A stretch of DNA of 46,052 nt from Burkholderiales bacterium (GTDB lineage: Bacteria; Pseudomonadota; Gammaproteobacteria; Burkholderiales; SG8-39), in NCBI GenBank assembly GCA_035251855.1, contig DATFDV010000091.1:1-46052 (forward strand), read 5' to 3'. Of the stretch, positions 1 to 9,263 are shown in pieces; within the stretch, counting starts at the first letter, position 1; each line of letters opens with the position of its first letter. The translations under genes and the position numbers were made by a program. Under the pieces are notes generated by a model, which was not told where the DNA came from, made no database searches, and saw only the letters and a list, made by a program, of their open reading frames with translations.

Positions 1-248
1 AGGCCCGACATGAACGCGCTGTAGCTCATGCCGTGCTCGCGCACCGCGGCGTTGATGCGCGCGATCCACAGCGCGCGGAAGGTGCGCTTCTTGTTGCGGC
101 GGTCGCGATAGGCGTACTGCCCGGCCTTCATCACCGCCTGCTTGGCGATGCGGTAGACGTTCTTGCGGCGGCCGCGGAAGCCTTTGGCCTGTTTCAGGAC
201 CTTCTTGTGGCGCGCGCGCGCCGTGACTCCACGCTTGACTCTTGGCAT
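1..248 (-). CDS. rplT: 50S ribosomal protein L20 (C-terminal part lies beyond the window edge)
   Basis: Reverse-strand translation from ATG (248-246) reads [79 protein letters not shown], the conserved L20 N-terminus. It lies 10 nt downstream of rpmI in the classical operon order. Confidence 0.93.
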   Translation of the reverse strand, partial: MPRVKRGVTARARHKKVLKQAKGFRGRRKNVYRIAKQAVMKAGQYAYRDRRNKKRTFRALWIARINAAVREHGMSYSAFMSG

Positions 249-258
249 GGCGGCTCCG

Positions 259-459
259 CTATGCCGAGTAAGGCAGCATGGCCCGCACCGCTGCCGTGTT
301 GGTGGAGTTCACCGCGCTGCGACGCCGCATCTGGCGCTTGCGCTTGGTGGTCTTCTTGGTAAGGATGTGGCGCTTGTAGGCGCCGCCGCGCTTGATACTG
401 CCGCTCGCGCGCACTTTGAAGCGCTTCGCCGCGCCCCGCTTGGATTTCATCTTAGGCAT
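259..459 (-). CDS. rpmI: 50S ribosomal protein L35
   Basis: 66 aa [45 protein letters not shown]... matches the L35 signature. Positioned between infC and rplT. Confidence 0.95.
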   Translation of the reverse strand: MPKMKSKRGAAKRFKVRASGSIKRGGAYKRHILTKKTTKRKRQMRRRSAVNSTNTAAVRAMLPYSA

Positions 460-550
460 ACGTCTCTCTCTTCTCGTATGACGCCGGGCGGCCCGCTGCG
501 CGGACGCTTTAAGCCACGGCCATCACTTGTAGGCCCTGCTCTTTACTTCA

Positions 551-1156
551 TTAAGCGGGCTTTGCTGCAACTTTAGCTGCCGGCGCCTTGGGCTTGTCCG
601 GCTTTACCTTCTCCGCCTTCGCCTTCGGCGGCGGCGGGCCCTTCTTCTTCGGCGCCAGCACCATCACCATCTGGCGGCCTTCGAGCTTCGGGAACTGCTC
701 CACCACGCCGACCGCATCGAGGTCCTTGCGCACCCGCTCGAGCAGCCGCTCGCCGAACTCCTTGTGCGCCATCTCCCGGCCGCGGAAGCGCAGCGTCACT
801 TTCGCCTTGTCGCCTTCGTCGAGGAACTGGATCAGCTTGCCGAGCTTGATCTTGTAGTCGCCCTCGTCGGTGCCGGGCCGGAACTTGATTTCCTTGACCT
901 GGATCTGCTTCTGCTTGAGCTTCGCCTCGTGCGCCTTCTTCTGCTCGCGATAGCGGAACTTGCCGTAGTCCATCAGCTTGCAGACCGGCGGTACCGCCAG
1001 CGGCGCGATCTCCACCAGGTCCACGTTCTGCTCCTCGGCCAGCCGCAGGGCCTCCACGGTCGTCTTGATGCCGAGCTGGTCACCGTTTTCCGCTACCAGG
1101 CGCACCTCCGGGGCGGTGATTTCCCGGTTGATGCGCTGCGATCTTTCGAGTGCGAT
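551..1156 (-). CDS. infC: Translation initiation factor IF-3, probably initiating at a non-canonical ATC codon
   Basis: The ORF-track product (551-1105) carries IF-3 core motifs (VDLVEIAP..., [13 protein letters not shown]). The open frame continues upstream as [21 protein letters not shown], the conserved IF-3 N-terminus, with no ATG/GTG/TTG. An ATC at 1156-1154 lies 10 nt downstream of GGAG (1170-1167). Confidence 0.88.
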   Translation of the reverse strand: MALERSQRINREITAPEVRLVAENGDQLGIKTTVEALRLAEEQNVDLVEIAPLAVPPVCKLMDYGKFRYREQKKAHEAKLKQKQIQVKEIKFRPGTDEGDYKIKLGKLIQFLDEGDKAKVTLRFRGREMAHKEFGERLLERVRKDLDAVGVVEQFPKLEGRQMVMVLAPKKKGPPPPKAKAEKVKPDKPKAPAAKVAAKPA

Positions 1157-1197
1157 GTGTGAAAAGCTCCTTCGTTCGTTGAAAAAATTGGCCGTGC

Positions 1198-3114
1198 TTA
1201 CGACGCTTTCGCCAGAGCTCGCATTTCCGAGTCTAGGCGGGCGATGAAGGCCTCGAGCGGCATTGCGCCGAGATCTTCGCCGCTGCGCGTGCGCACGGCC
1301 ACCGTTCCAGCCTGCACTTCCTTGTCGCCGACCACCACCTGGTAGGGCAGCTTCTGCAGGCTATGTTCGCGAATCTTATAAGAAATCTTCTCGTTCCGCA
1401 AATCCAAAATCACCCTAAATCCTTGATTCGCTAGTTCATTTCTCACGCGCGTGCAGTACTCGGCCTGCCGCTCGGTGATGTTCATGACCACCAGCTGCTG
1501 CGGCGCTAGCCACAGGGGGAACGCGCCGGCGTAGTGCTCGATCAGGATGCCGATGAAGCGCTCGAAGGAGCCGACGATCGCGCGGTGGAGCATGACCGGG
1601 GTGTGGCGCGCATTGTCCTCGCCGACGTACTCCGCGCCGAGGCGGCCGGGCATGCTGAAATCGACCTGCATGGTGCCGCATTGCCAGACGCGCCCGATGC
1701 CGTCCTTCAGGGAGTACTCGATCTTCGGGCCATAGAAGGCACCCTCCCCTGCACTCACCGAGAAGTTCACATTCGAACGACGTAATGATTCTTTCAAGGC
1801 TTCCTCGGCCTTATCCCAGCTTTCATCCGAGCCGATGCGCTTCGCCGGCCGCGTCGCCACCTTGTAGATGATGTCGCTGAAGCCGAAATCGCGGTACACC
1901 TTCTGCAAGAGCACGGTATAGGCCACGCACTCGCCGAGGATCTGCTCCTCGGTGCAGAAGATGTGGCCGTCGTCCTGCACGAAACCCCTAACGCGCATCA
2001 GGCCGTGGAGCGAGCCGGAGGGCTCGTTGCGGTGGCACGAGCCGAACTCGCCGTAGCGCAGCGGCAGGTCCCGGTAGCTGCGCACGCCCTTGTTGTAGAT
2101 CAGGATGTGGCCCGGGCAGTTCATCGGCTTTACCGCGTAATCGCGGTTCTCCGACGAGGTGGTGAACATGTTGTCGCGGAAGTTCTCCCAGTGGCCGGTG
2201 CGCTCCCACAGGCTGCGGTCGAGGATCTGCGGACCCCGCACTTCCTGGTAGCCGTTGTCGCGGTACACGCGGCGCATGTACTGCTCGACCGCCTGCCACA
2301 GCGACCAGCCTTTCGGGTGCCAGAAGACCAGGCCCGGCGCTTCCGGCTGCATGTGGAAGAGGTCGAGCTGCGTACCCAGGGTCCGGTGGTCGCGCTTCTC
2401 CGCCTCCTCGAGCATCTTGAGGTAGGCCTCCTGGTCCTCTTTCTTCCCCCAGGCCGTGCCGTAGATGCGCTGGAGCATCTCGTTCTTCGAGTCGCCGCGC
2501 CAGTACGCCCCGGCAACGCGCATCAGCTTGAAGGTCTTCAGCTTGCCGGTCGAAGGCACGTGCGGCCCGCGGCACAGGTCGATCCAGTTGCCCTGGCCGT
2601 AGAGCGAGATGGTGTCCTTCTCCGGGATCGAAGCGATGATCTCGGCTTTGTATTTTTCCCCCTGGCTCCTGAAGAACTCCACCGCTTCGTCCCGCGGCAT
2701 TTCCCGGCGCACCACGGGCAAGTCCTTCTTCGCGATCTCGCTCATGCGCTTCTCGATCGCCGCGAGATCCTCCGGCGTGAAAGGCCGCTTGTACGAGAAG
2801 TCGTAGTAGAAGCCGTTCTCGATCACCGGGCCGATGGTGACCTGCGCCTCGGGAAACAGCTCCTTCACCGCGTGCGCGAGCAGGTGCGCGGTCGAGTGCC
2901 GGATGACGTCGACCCCTTCAGGGTCGCGCTCGGTAATGATTTGGATTTCTGAATCTGATTGAACCAGATAACCAGTGTCGACGAGCTTTCCGTTCACCTT
3001 GGCCGCAAGCGCGGCGCGCGCGAGGCCGGCGCCGATCGACGCGGCGATCTCGGCTACGGTGACGGGTCCGGGAAACGACTTCGACGAGCCGTCGGGGAGA
3101 CGGAGAGTGATCAC
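1198..3114 (-). CDS. thrS: Threonine--tRNA ligase
   Basis: Long ORF with ThrRS features: TGS-type N-terminus [13 protein letters not shown], the editing and class II core ([26 protein letters not shown]) and an anticodon-binding C-terminus. The GTG at 3114 gives the usual M-ITL..PDGS N-terminus. An in-frame ATG at 3141 is an alternative start. Confidence 0.93.
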   Translation of the reverse strand: MITLRLPDGSSKSFPGPVTVAEIAASIGAGLARAALAAKVNGKLVDTGYLVQSDSEIQIITERDPEGVDVIRHSTAHLLAHAVKELFPEAQVTIGPVIENGFYYDFSYKRPFTPEDLAAIEKRMSEIAKKDLPVVRREMPRDEAVEFFRSQGEKYKAEIIASIPEKDTISLYGQGNWIDLCRGPHVPSTGKLKTFKLMRVAGAYWRGDSKNEMLQRIYGTAWGKKEDQEAYLKMLEEAEKRDHRTLGTQLDLFHMQPEAPGLVFWHPKGWSLWQAVEQYMRRVYRDNGYQEVRGPQILDRSLWERTGHWENFRDNMFTTSSENRDYAVKPMNCPGHILIYNKGVRSYRDLPLRYGEFGSCHRNEPSGSLHGLMRVRGFVQDDGHIFCTEEQILGECVAYTVLLQKVYRDFGFSDIIYKVATRPAKRIGSDESWDKAEEALKESLRRSNVNFSVSAGEGAFYGPKIEYSLKDGIGRVWQCGTMQVDFSMPGRLGAEYVGEDNARHTPVMLHRAIVGSFERFIGILIEHYAGAFPLWLAPQQLVVMNITERQAEYCTRVRNELANQGFRVILDLRNEKISYKIREHSLQKLPYQVVVGDKEVQAGTVAVRTRSGEDLGAMPLEAFIARLDSEMRALAKAS

Positions 3115-3150
3115 TGCGTGGGCATTTCTGCGAGCATGCATACTATCACG

Positions 3151-4098
3151 ATGAACCTTCGCCTCTGCGCCGCGCTTGGCCCGTACGACCACGTGCGCGA
3201 CCTGCGCCCGCAGGGCATCGACCTCAACCTCCTCGAGCTATCGGTGGAGGAGATCTTCTTCCGCTTCACCAAGTTCCGCGAATGGCAGGTATCGGAGATG
3301 TCGTTCGGCAAGGTGATCTCGATCATGGCCGAGGAGCGCCCGGAGATCATCGCCATCCCGGTGTTCGTCTCGCGCGTGTTCCGCCATTCCGCGATCTACG
3401 TGGGCGACTCCTCGGGCATCAAGACCCCCAAGGATCTCGAGGGCAGGCGCGTCGGCATCCCGGAGTGGGGACAGACCGCCGGGATCTACGTGCGCGGCTT
3501 CCTGCAGCACGATTACGGCGTCGACCTCGCATCGATCGACTGGCGCCAGGCCGGCGTGCGCCAGCCCGGCCGGGTGGAGAAGATCCAGCTGCGGCTGCCG
3601 CCGGGGGTACGCGTGCAGCCGATGCCCGAGCACACCCTCGCCGGCATGCTCGCAGCCGGCGAGATCGATGCCGCGATCTCGGCGCGCGACCCTGGGGGCA
3701 AACGCCTGTTCGCCGAGCATCGCGAGCTCGAGGCGGCGCACTTCCGCAAGACCGGCATCTTCCCGATCATGCACGTGGTCGCGCTGCGCCGCGATGCTTA
3801 CGAGCGCGACCGCTGGATCGCGATGAACCTCCTCAAGGCTTTCGAGGAAGCGAAGCAGCGCAGCCTCGAGCGCTTCGCCGACATCGGCGCTTCGCAGGGA
3901 CCGATGGCGTGGATCTCCGACCACGCGCGGCAATGGCAGGCAATTGCGGGTGCGGACTTCTGGCCCTACGGCGTCGAGCCGAACCGGCGCACGCTCGAAG
4001 CGTTCGTCCAGTACGGCTTTGAACAAGGCGTGTGCAAACGGCGCCTGAAGGTGGAGGAGCTGTTCGCGCCGGAAACGCTCGAGCGCGCGAAGATCTAG
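3151..4098 (+). CDS. PhtD-like protein (4,5-dihydroxyphthalate decarboxylase family, periplasmic-binding-protein-like fold)
   Basis: Translation from ATG 3151 ([18 protein letters not shown]...[30 protein letters not shown]...[16 protein letters not shown]...) resembles proteins annotated as 4,5-dihydroxyphthalate decarboxylase. The part of the track ORF upstream of 3136 is antisense to thrS. Confidence 0.6.
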   Translation: MNLRLCAALGPYDHVRDLRPQGIDLNLLELSVEEIFFRFTKFREWQVSEMSFGKVISIMAEERPEIIAIPVFVSRVFRHSAIYVGDSSGIKTPKDLEGRRVGIPEWGQTAGIYVRGFLQHDYGVDLASIDWRQAGVRQPGRVEKIQLRLPPGVRVQPMPEHTLAGMLAAGEIDAAISARDPGGKRLFAEHRELEAAHFRKTGIFPIMHVVALRRDAYERDRWIAMNLLKAFEEAKQRSLERFADIGASQGPMAWISDHARQWQAIAGADFWPYGVEPNRRTLEAFVQYGFEQGVCKRRLKVEELFAPETLERAKI

Positions 4099-5033
4099 TC
4101 CAGCTTTATCCCGATGTCTTTGACCACCTTGGCGTACTTCGCATAGTCGCGCTGGATCAGCGCGGCGAACTCCTCCGGCGACGCGATGTAGGGATCGAGT
4201 CCGCCTGCCGCGTTCAGCTTCTGCTTGACGTCCGGCGATTCCAGCACCCGCCGTAACTCGGTTCTCAAACGCTGGAGAACCCCTTCGGGCAGGTTCGCGG
4301 GCCCAAATAACCCGAGCCAGATCGAGTTCTCCAGCCCCGGGTAGAACTCGCCGATCGTCGGCAGCTCCGGATACTGCGCCGAGCGCTGCCCGCCCGACAC
4401 CGCGAGCGGCCGCAGCCGGCCGGCCTTGATCTGCGGCGCGTTCGAGCTCCCCGACCACATCGCCATGGTTTCGCCCGCCACGGTGGCAGTGGCCGCCGGC
4501 GCGCCGCCCTTGTAGGGCACGTGCAGCAGGTTGAGGCCGGCGCGCTGCTTGAGCATTTCCATGGTGAGGTGGTGCTGGCTGCCATTGCCGCCGGAGGCGT
4601 AGGCGAGCGGCGGATTGGCATTCTTCGCGTAGGCGATGAATTCCTGGAAGGTGCGTACCGGCAGCGAAGGATTCACCGTCAGCACGAACTGGTTCACCGC
4701 GACCGGGGCGACCGGCGTAAGGTCGCGCAGGGTGTCGAGCGGCATCTTGTACAGATGCGGGTTGATGGTGATCTGGCTGTCGGCGAGCAGCCCCAGCGTG
4801 TGGCCGTCGGGCGCCGCCTTGGCCACCAGGTCGGTGGCGATGTTGCCGTTGGCGCCGGCGCGATTCTCCACCACCACCGGCTGGCCGATGCTTTCCGACA
4901 GCTTCGCCGCCACCACGCGCGCCGCGATGTCCGGCGCCCCGCCGGGCGGGATCGGCACGAGAATGGTGATCGGCCGCTGGGCGAGCGCCGCGGTCGAGAA
5001 CAGGGCAAGCAAGACGATCGCGCGGATCTTCAT
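4095..5033 (-). CDS. Tripartite tricarboxylate transporter substrate-binding protein (Bug/TctC family)
   Basis: From ATG 5033: signal peptide MKIRAIVLLALFSTAALAQ, then Bug-family motifs (ITILVPIPPGGAPDIAARVVAAKLSESIGQPVVVENRAGANG, HVPYKGGAPA, FGPANLP). The upstream 20 codons of the track ORF overlap the tRNA. Confidence 0.85.
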   Translation of the reverse strand: MKIRAIVLLALFSTAALAQRPITILVPIPPGGAPDIAARVVAAKLSESIGQPVVVENRAGANGNIATDLVAKAAPDGHTLGLLADSQITINPHLYKMPLDTLRDLTPVAPVAVNQFVLTVNPSLPVRTFQEFIAYAKNANPPLAYASGGNGSQHHLTMEMLKQRAGLNLLHVPYKGGAPAATATVAGETMAMWSGSSNAPQIKAGRLRPLAVSGGQRSAQYPELPTIGEFYPGLENSIWLGLFGPANLPEGVLQRLRTELRRVLESPDVKQKLNAAGGLDPYIASPEEFAALIQRDYAKYAKVVKDIGIKLD

Positions 5034-5048
5034 CTCGTCCCGGAATAT

Positions 5049-5125
5049 TGGTAGGCGCGATTGGACTCGAACCAACGACCCCCACCATGTCAAGGTGGTG
5101 CTCTAACCAGCTGAGCTACGCGCCT
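5049..5125 (-). tRNA. tRNA-Val (anticodon GAC), CCA encoded
   Basis: The reverse complement AGGCGCGTAGCTCAGCTGGTTAGAGCACCACCTTGACATGGTGGGGGTCGTTGGTTCGAGTCCAATCGCGCCTACCA folds as a 77 nt cloverleaf. It has a 7 bp acceptor stem, GCTC/GAGC D stem, CCACC/GGTGG anticodon stem with loop TTGACAT, and a TTCGAGT T loop. Confidence 0.95.
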
Positions 5126-5171
5126 AGATCGAAGGGCAAGAAGCCGCCCTAACGTCAGTCATAATTTTACG

Positions 5172-5621
5172 ATGGATCTCATCCTCTGGCGCCACGCCGA
5201 AGCCGAAGACGGCGTTCCCGATCTCGAGCGCCGGCTGACGGCGAAAGGCCGCAAGCAAGCCGAGCGCGTCGCGCAGTGGCTGCTGCAGCGCATGCCCGCA
5301 CGCTTCATCCTGCTCTCGAGCCCCGCCACCCGCGCGCAGCAAACCGCCGAAGCGCTGGGCGTGCCGATCAAGATTGACCGCACGCTCGCGCCGGGCGCGG
5401 CGCCGGCGGCCATCGTGAAGGCGAGCGGCTGGCCGGACTACAAGGGCGCGGTGATCGTGGTGGGCCACCAGCCGGACCTCGGCCTCGCACTCGCTTATCT
5501 CCTCGGCGCTACCGGCAGCTTCAGCGTCAAGAAGGGTGCGCTCTGGTGGGTCAGCAACCGGGTGCGCGACGAGAAAGACCAGGTCGTGGTGCGCGCCACG
5601 ATGTCACCTGACCTGCTGTAA
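5172..5621 (+). CDS. sixA: Phosphohistidine phosphatase SixA
   Basis: 149 aa. It starts MDLILWRHAEAE (the RHA/G catalytic motif of the histidine phosphatase superfamily) and has GHQPDLG later. Size and motifs are typical of SixA. Confidence 0.82.
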   Translation: MDLILWRHAEAEDGVPDLERRLTAKGRKQAERVAQWLLQRMPARFILLSSPATRAQQTAEALGVPIKIDRTLAPGAAPAAIVKASGWPDYKGAVIVVGHQPDLGLALAYLLGATGSFSVKKGALWWVSNRVRDEKDQVVVRATMSPDLL

Positions 5622-7124
5622 CACCGACACTTTCTTGTCGGACAGGCCGCTCACCTCGAGCTTCATGCCGACCGCTTTCCAGTGGCGCGCTTCGGCCTCG
5701 AGCGCATCGGCCGACAGCGGATTGTCGTCGAGCCAGGACTGCGGCAGGTCGAGGGCGAAGCCGCCGGCGTCGGCGGCGACGCGCAGGAACGGCAGCCGGG
5801 CGTCGGTGCGGCTGCGCAGGATCAGCGAGGCGAGGCGCAGCGCGAACACCAGCTTCCAGTCAGCCGCCTCGAACCCCGCATCTTGCACCTTGCCGAGCTT
5901 GCCGCGGTGCGCGAGCACGATGCGCGCGAGCCGCGCCTGCTCCATGCGCGAGAAGCCGGGCATGTCGGCGTTCGACAGGACGTAAGCCGAATGCTTGTGG
6001 TACGCGGCGTGAGCGATGGAAAGCCCGGTCTCGGCAAGCCGCGCCGCCCACTCGAGCATCAGGCGGTCGGGATCGTCGTCGCGATCCGCACCGGGCGTGA
6101 GGGCATCGAAAACCAGAAGCGAGAGGCTGCGCACGCGTTCGGCCTGGGCCGCGTCGACGTGGTAGCGGCGCATGAACTGCGCCACCGTCGCCTCGCGCAT
6201 GTCGCGGTGCTGCACGCGGCCGAGCAGGTCGTAGAGCACGCCGTGGCGCAGTGCGCCCTCGGAGACCTTCATCGACTCCAGGCCGAGGGCGTCGAAGGCG
6301 GCGATCATGATGGCGAGCCCGCCGGGCAGCACCGGCGCGCGGTTCGGCCGCAGGCCGGCGATGCGATCGGGATCGGCCTTTTCATGCTTGATCAGCACAC
6401 CTCGCAGGCGGTCGAGGCCTTCCCGGGTAATTCCTTCCGCAGCCAATCCGTTCTCGCGCAGGATGTTTTCGATTGCGCGCGCAGTGCCGGAGGAGCCGAC
6501 CGCTTCATTCCAGCCGGCCTGCCGATAGCCTTGCACCAGCGCGGCAAGCTCCTGGCGTGCGGCCAGCTCGGCCGCCTTCATGCGCGCCTTGTCGATCCTG
6601 CCGTCGGGAAAATACTTCAGGCTGAAGCTGACGCAGCCCATGTACAGCGATTCGGTGAGCAGCGGATCGAAGCCGGTGCCGATGATGAATTCGGTCGAGC
6701 CGCCGCCGATGTCGACCACCAGGCGGCGTTGCGCCGATGCGGGCAGCGAATGCGCGACGCCAAGGTAGATGAGGCGCGCTTCCTCGCGGCCGGAGATCAC
6801 CTCGATCGGAAAGCCGAGCGCGGCGCGCGCTTCGCGCAGGAACTGCGGCGAATTTTTTGCCACTCGCAGCGCGTTGGTGCCGACCACGCGCACCGCCGGC
6901 CGCGGAAAGCCGCGCAGGCGCTCGCCGAACTTGGCGAGCGCCTCGAGCGCCGCGGCCTGGGTGGCGCGGTCGATGCGCTTCTCGGCGGTGAGCCCGCCGC
7001 CCAGGCGCACCACCTCGCGCACCGCGTCGAGCGGATAGATCTGGCCATCGACCACCCGGCCGATCTGCAGGTGGAAGCTGTTCGACCCGAGGTCGACCGC
7101 GGCCAGCGTGTCGTGACGCCCCAT
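5604..7124 (-). CDS. ppx: Exopolyphosphatase (Ppx/GppA family)
   Basis: From ATG 7124: MGRHDTLAAVDLGSNSFHLQIGRVV...VVGTNALRVAKN...LVVDIGGGSTEFIIG, the Ppx/GppA ASKHA-fold motifs, followed by an HD-like C-terminal domain. 507 codons. The remaining 5' part of the 1131 aa track ORF is antisense to ppk. Confidence 0.9.
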   Translation of the reverse strand: MGRHDTLAAVDLGSNSFHLQIGRVVDGQIYPLDAVREVVRLGGGLTAEKRIDRATQAAALEALAKFGERLRGFPRPAVRVVGTNALRVAKNSPQFLREARAALGFPIEVISGREEARLIYLGVAHSLPASAQRRLVVDIGGGSTEFIIGTGFDPLLTESLYMGCVSFSLKYFPDGRIDKARMKAAELAARQELAALVQGYRQAGWNEAVGSSGTARAIENILRENGLAAEGITREGLDRLRGVLIKHEKADPDRIAGLRPNRAPVLPGGLAIMIAAFDALGLESMKVSEGALRHGVLYDLLGRVQHRDMREATVAQFMRRYHVDAAQAERVRSLSLLVFDALTPGADRDDDPDRLMLEWAARLAETGLSIAHAAYHKHSAYVLSNADMPGFSRMEQARLARIVLAHRGKLGKVQDAGFEAADWKLVFALRLASLILRSRTDARLPFLRVAADAGGFALDLPQSWLDDNPLSADALEAEARHWKAVGMKLEVSGLSDKKVSVLQQVR

Positions 7125-7178
7125 CGGGGCTAAGTTATCAGAACTACATGAGTAGAATGAGCTGCTGGCTGTCCGTCG

Positions 7179-9263
7179 ATGAACCGCAGAATTCCCCTCC
7201 CGGCGCAGTTCCTCAATCGCGAGCTCGGCTTCCTGGCGTTCAATCGCCGCGTGCTCGCGCAGGCGGCCGACGACACGGTGCCGCTGCTCGAGCGGCTGCG
7301 CTTCATCACCATCGTCTCGTCGAACCTGGACGAGTACTTCGAGATCCGCGTCGCCGGGCTGAAGGAGCAGATCAAGCTCGGGCTGCCCGAGCCGGGCCCG
7401 GATGGCCGCGCGCCGACCGAGGTGTTCGAGGCGGTGAGCCGCGAAGCGCACGCGCTGGTCGCCGAGCAGTACCTGCTCCTCAACCAGACGGTGCTGCCGG
7501 CGCTCGCCGCCCAGGGCATCGTGTTCCCCAAGCGCGAGGAATGGAGCGCGGCGCAGCGCCAGTGGATCCGCGACTACTTCTTCCGCGAGCTGCTGCCGGT
7601 GCTCACGCCGATCGGCCTCGATCCGGTGCACCCGTTCCCGCGCGTGTTCAACAAGAGCCTCAACTTCGCCGTCGAGCTCGCCGGGCCGGACGCCTTCGGG
7701 CGCAACTCGGGCGCCGCGATCGTGCAGGCGCCGCGCGCCCTGCCGCGCGTGATCCGGCTGCCGCAGGCGCTCGCCGGCGAGGCGGAGTACGCGTTCGTGT
7801 TCCTCTCCTCGATCCTGCACGCCCACATGGGGGAGCTCTTCTCCGGCATGAACGTGCAGGGCTGCTACCAGTTCCGCGTCACGCGCAACTCGGACCTGTT
7901 CGTCGAGGAGGAGGAGATCAAGAACCTGCACACCGCGCTGCAGGGGGAGCTGTTCCACCGCCACTTCGGCGACGCCGTACGGCTGGAAGTGGCGGACAAC
8001 TGCTCGCAGCGCATGGTGGAGTTCCTGCTGCAGCAGTTCGGCCTGCGCGAGGCCGACCTCTACCGCGTCGACGGGCCGGTCAACCTCTACCGCCTGCGCG
8101 AGGTGCCCGAGCAGGTGGCGCGCCCCGATCTCAAGTACCCGCCATTCCAGCCCGGCCTGCCGCCGGCGCTCGACAGCGGCGAGCTGTTCGAGGTGCTGAA
8201 GAAGCAGGACGTGCTGCTGCACCACCCGTTCCAGTCGTTCCTGCCGGTGATCGACTTCATCCGCACCACCGCCAACGATCCCAGCGTGATCGCCATCAAG
8301 CAGACGGTGTACCGCACCGGCACCGACTCGGAGCTGATGGAGATCCTGGTCGACGCCGCGCGCAAGGGGAAGGAAGTCACCGTGGTGGTCGAGCTGATGG
8401 CGCGCTTCGACGAGGAGGCGAACCTCAACTGGGCGGCGCGACTCGAGGAAGTCGGCGCGCACGTGGTCTACGGCGTGGTCGGCCACAAGACCCACGCCAA
8501 GATGTCGCTGATCGTGCGGCGCGAGGAGCAGGACCACAAGAAGGTGCTGAAAAGGTACGTCCATCTCGCCACCGGCAACTACCACCCGAGGACCGCGCGC
8601 CAGTACACCGACTTCGGCCTGCTCACCGCCAACGAGGAGATGTGCGCCGACGTCGCCGAGGTGTTCAAGCAGCTCACCGGCCTCGGGCGCGCCGGCAAGA
8701 TGAAGCACCTGTGGCAGTCGCCGTTCACGCTGCACAAGCGCGTGGTGGCCGCGATCCGCAACGAGGCGGCGCAGGCCGCCGAGGGCAGGCCGGCGCGCAT
8801 CATCGCCAAGATGAACGCGCTGCTCGAGCCGCAGATCATCGAGGAGCTCTATGCCGCCTCCGCCGCCGGCGTGAAGATCGAGCTGATCGTGCGCGGGGTG
8901 TGCGCGCTCAAGCCCGGCGTGCCGGGCCTGTCGGAGAACATCCGCGTGCGCTCGGTGGTCGGGCGCTTCCTCGAGCACACGCGCATCTTCTACTTCCACG
9001 CCGCCGGCGCCGAGAACGTGTACCTGGCGAGCGCAGACTGGATGGACCGCAACTTCTTCCGCCGCATCGAGCTGTGCTTCCCGGTGCTCGACGCCGCGCT
9101 CAAGCGCCGCGTGATCCGCGAGGGCCTGCAGGCCTACCTCGACGACAACTGCCAGGCCTGGGTGATGAACGGCGATGGCGGCTATGAGAGACTGAAGCCG
9201 CGGCGCGGACGGCGGCGCTCGGCTCAGGAGGAGCTGCTATTCACGCTCGGGATCCCCACGTAG
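7179..9263 (+). CDS. ppk: Polyphosphate kinase 1
   Basis: 694 aa with FLNRELGFLAFNRRVL, RFITIVSSNLDEYFEIRV, HAKMSLIVRRE and the C-terminal PLD-like repeats. Divergent from ppx across a 54 bp spacer. Confidence 0.95.
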   Translation: MNRRIPLPAQFLNRELGFLAFNRRVLAQAADDTVPLLERLRFITIVSSNLDEYFEIRVAGLKEQIKLGLPEPGPDGRAPTEVFEAVSREAHALVAEQYLLLNQTVLPALAAQGIVFPKREEWSAAQRQWIRDYFFRELLPVLTPIGLDPVHPFPRVFNKSLNFAVELAGPDAFGRNSGAAIVQAPRALPRVIRLPQALAGEAEYAFVFLSSILHAHMGELFSGMNVQGCYQFRVTRNSDLFVEEEEIKNLHTALQGELFHRHFGDAVRLEVADNCSQRMVEFLLQQFGLREADLYRVDGPVNLYRLREVPEQVARPDLKYPPFQPGLPPALDSGELFEVLKKQDVLLHHPFQSFLPVIDFIRTTANDPSVIAIKQTVYRTGTDSELMEILVDAARKGKEVTVVVELMARFDEEANLNWAARLEEVGAHVVYGVVGHKTHAKMSLIVRREEQDHKKVLKRYVHLATGNYHPRTARQYTDFGLLTANEEMCADVAEVFKQLTGLGRAGKMKHLWQSPFTLHKRVVAAIRNEAAQAAEGRPARIIAKMNALLEPQIIEELYAASAAGVKIELIVRGVCALKPGVPGLSENIRVRSVVGRFLEHTRIFYFHAAGAENVYLASADWMDRNFFRRIELCFPVLDAALKRRVIREGLQAYLDDNCQAWVMNGDGGYERLKPRRGRRRSAQEELLFTLGIPT

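Noticed and set aside
460-550. L20-binding translational operator (leader) upstream of rpmI.
   Set aside because: It is expected from E. coli and Bacillus biology, but I could not identify a convincing pseudoknot or helix mimic of the 23S rRNA site by eye. It would need a covariance-model search.
3238-5088. 616 aa minus-strand ORF, plus similar long ORFs at 41592-43607 (-), 31921-34260 (+), 32880-34820 (+), 15395-17161 (+), 17140-18558 (+), 27582-28682 (+), 25176-26429 (-), 24308-25378 (-), 22525-23730 (-), 34862-36307 (+), 39706-42087 upstream part (+) and 37399-38583 (-).
   Set aside because: All are antisense or alternative frames of genes with strong family signatures. Their translations are Arg/Pro/Gly/Ala/His-rich and lack motifs, the expected by-product of high GC3 coding DNA.
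5034-5171. The tRNA-Val as an integration site of a genomic island.
   Set aside because: There is no integrase, no direct repeat of the tRNA 3' end and no compositional break in the flanks. The neighbouring genes are ordinary metabolic genes.
7125-7178. Pho box in the ppx-ppk divergent spacer.
   Set aside because: ppk is Pho-regulated in some bacteria. I see only a single CTGTCC half-site-like hexamer and no 11 bp-phased direct repeat, which is not enough to call.
7125-8999. The upstream two thirds of the 1131 aa minus-strand ORF (5604-8999).
   Set aside because: Ppx homology begins only at MGRHDTLAAVDLGSNSF (ATG 7124). The rest is Arg/Leu/His/Gly-rich low-complexity sequence antisense to the clearly genuine ppk, a typical GC-rich antisense open frame.
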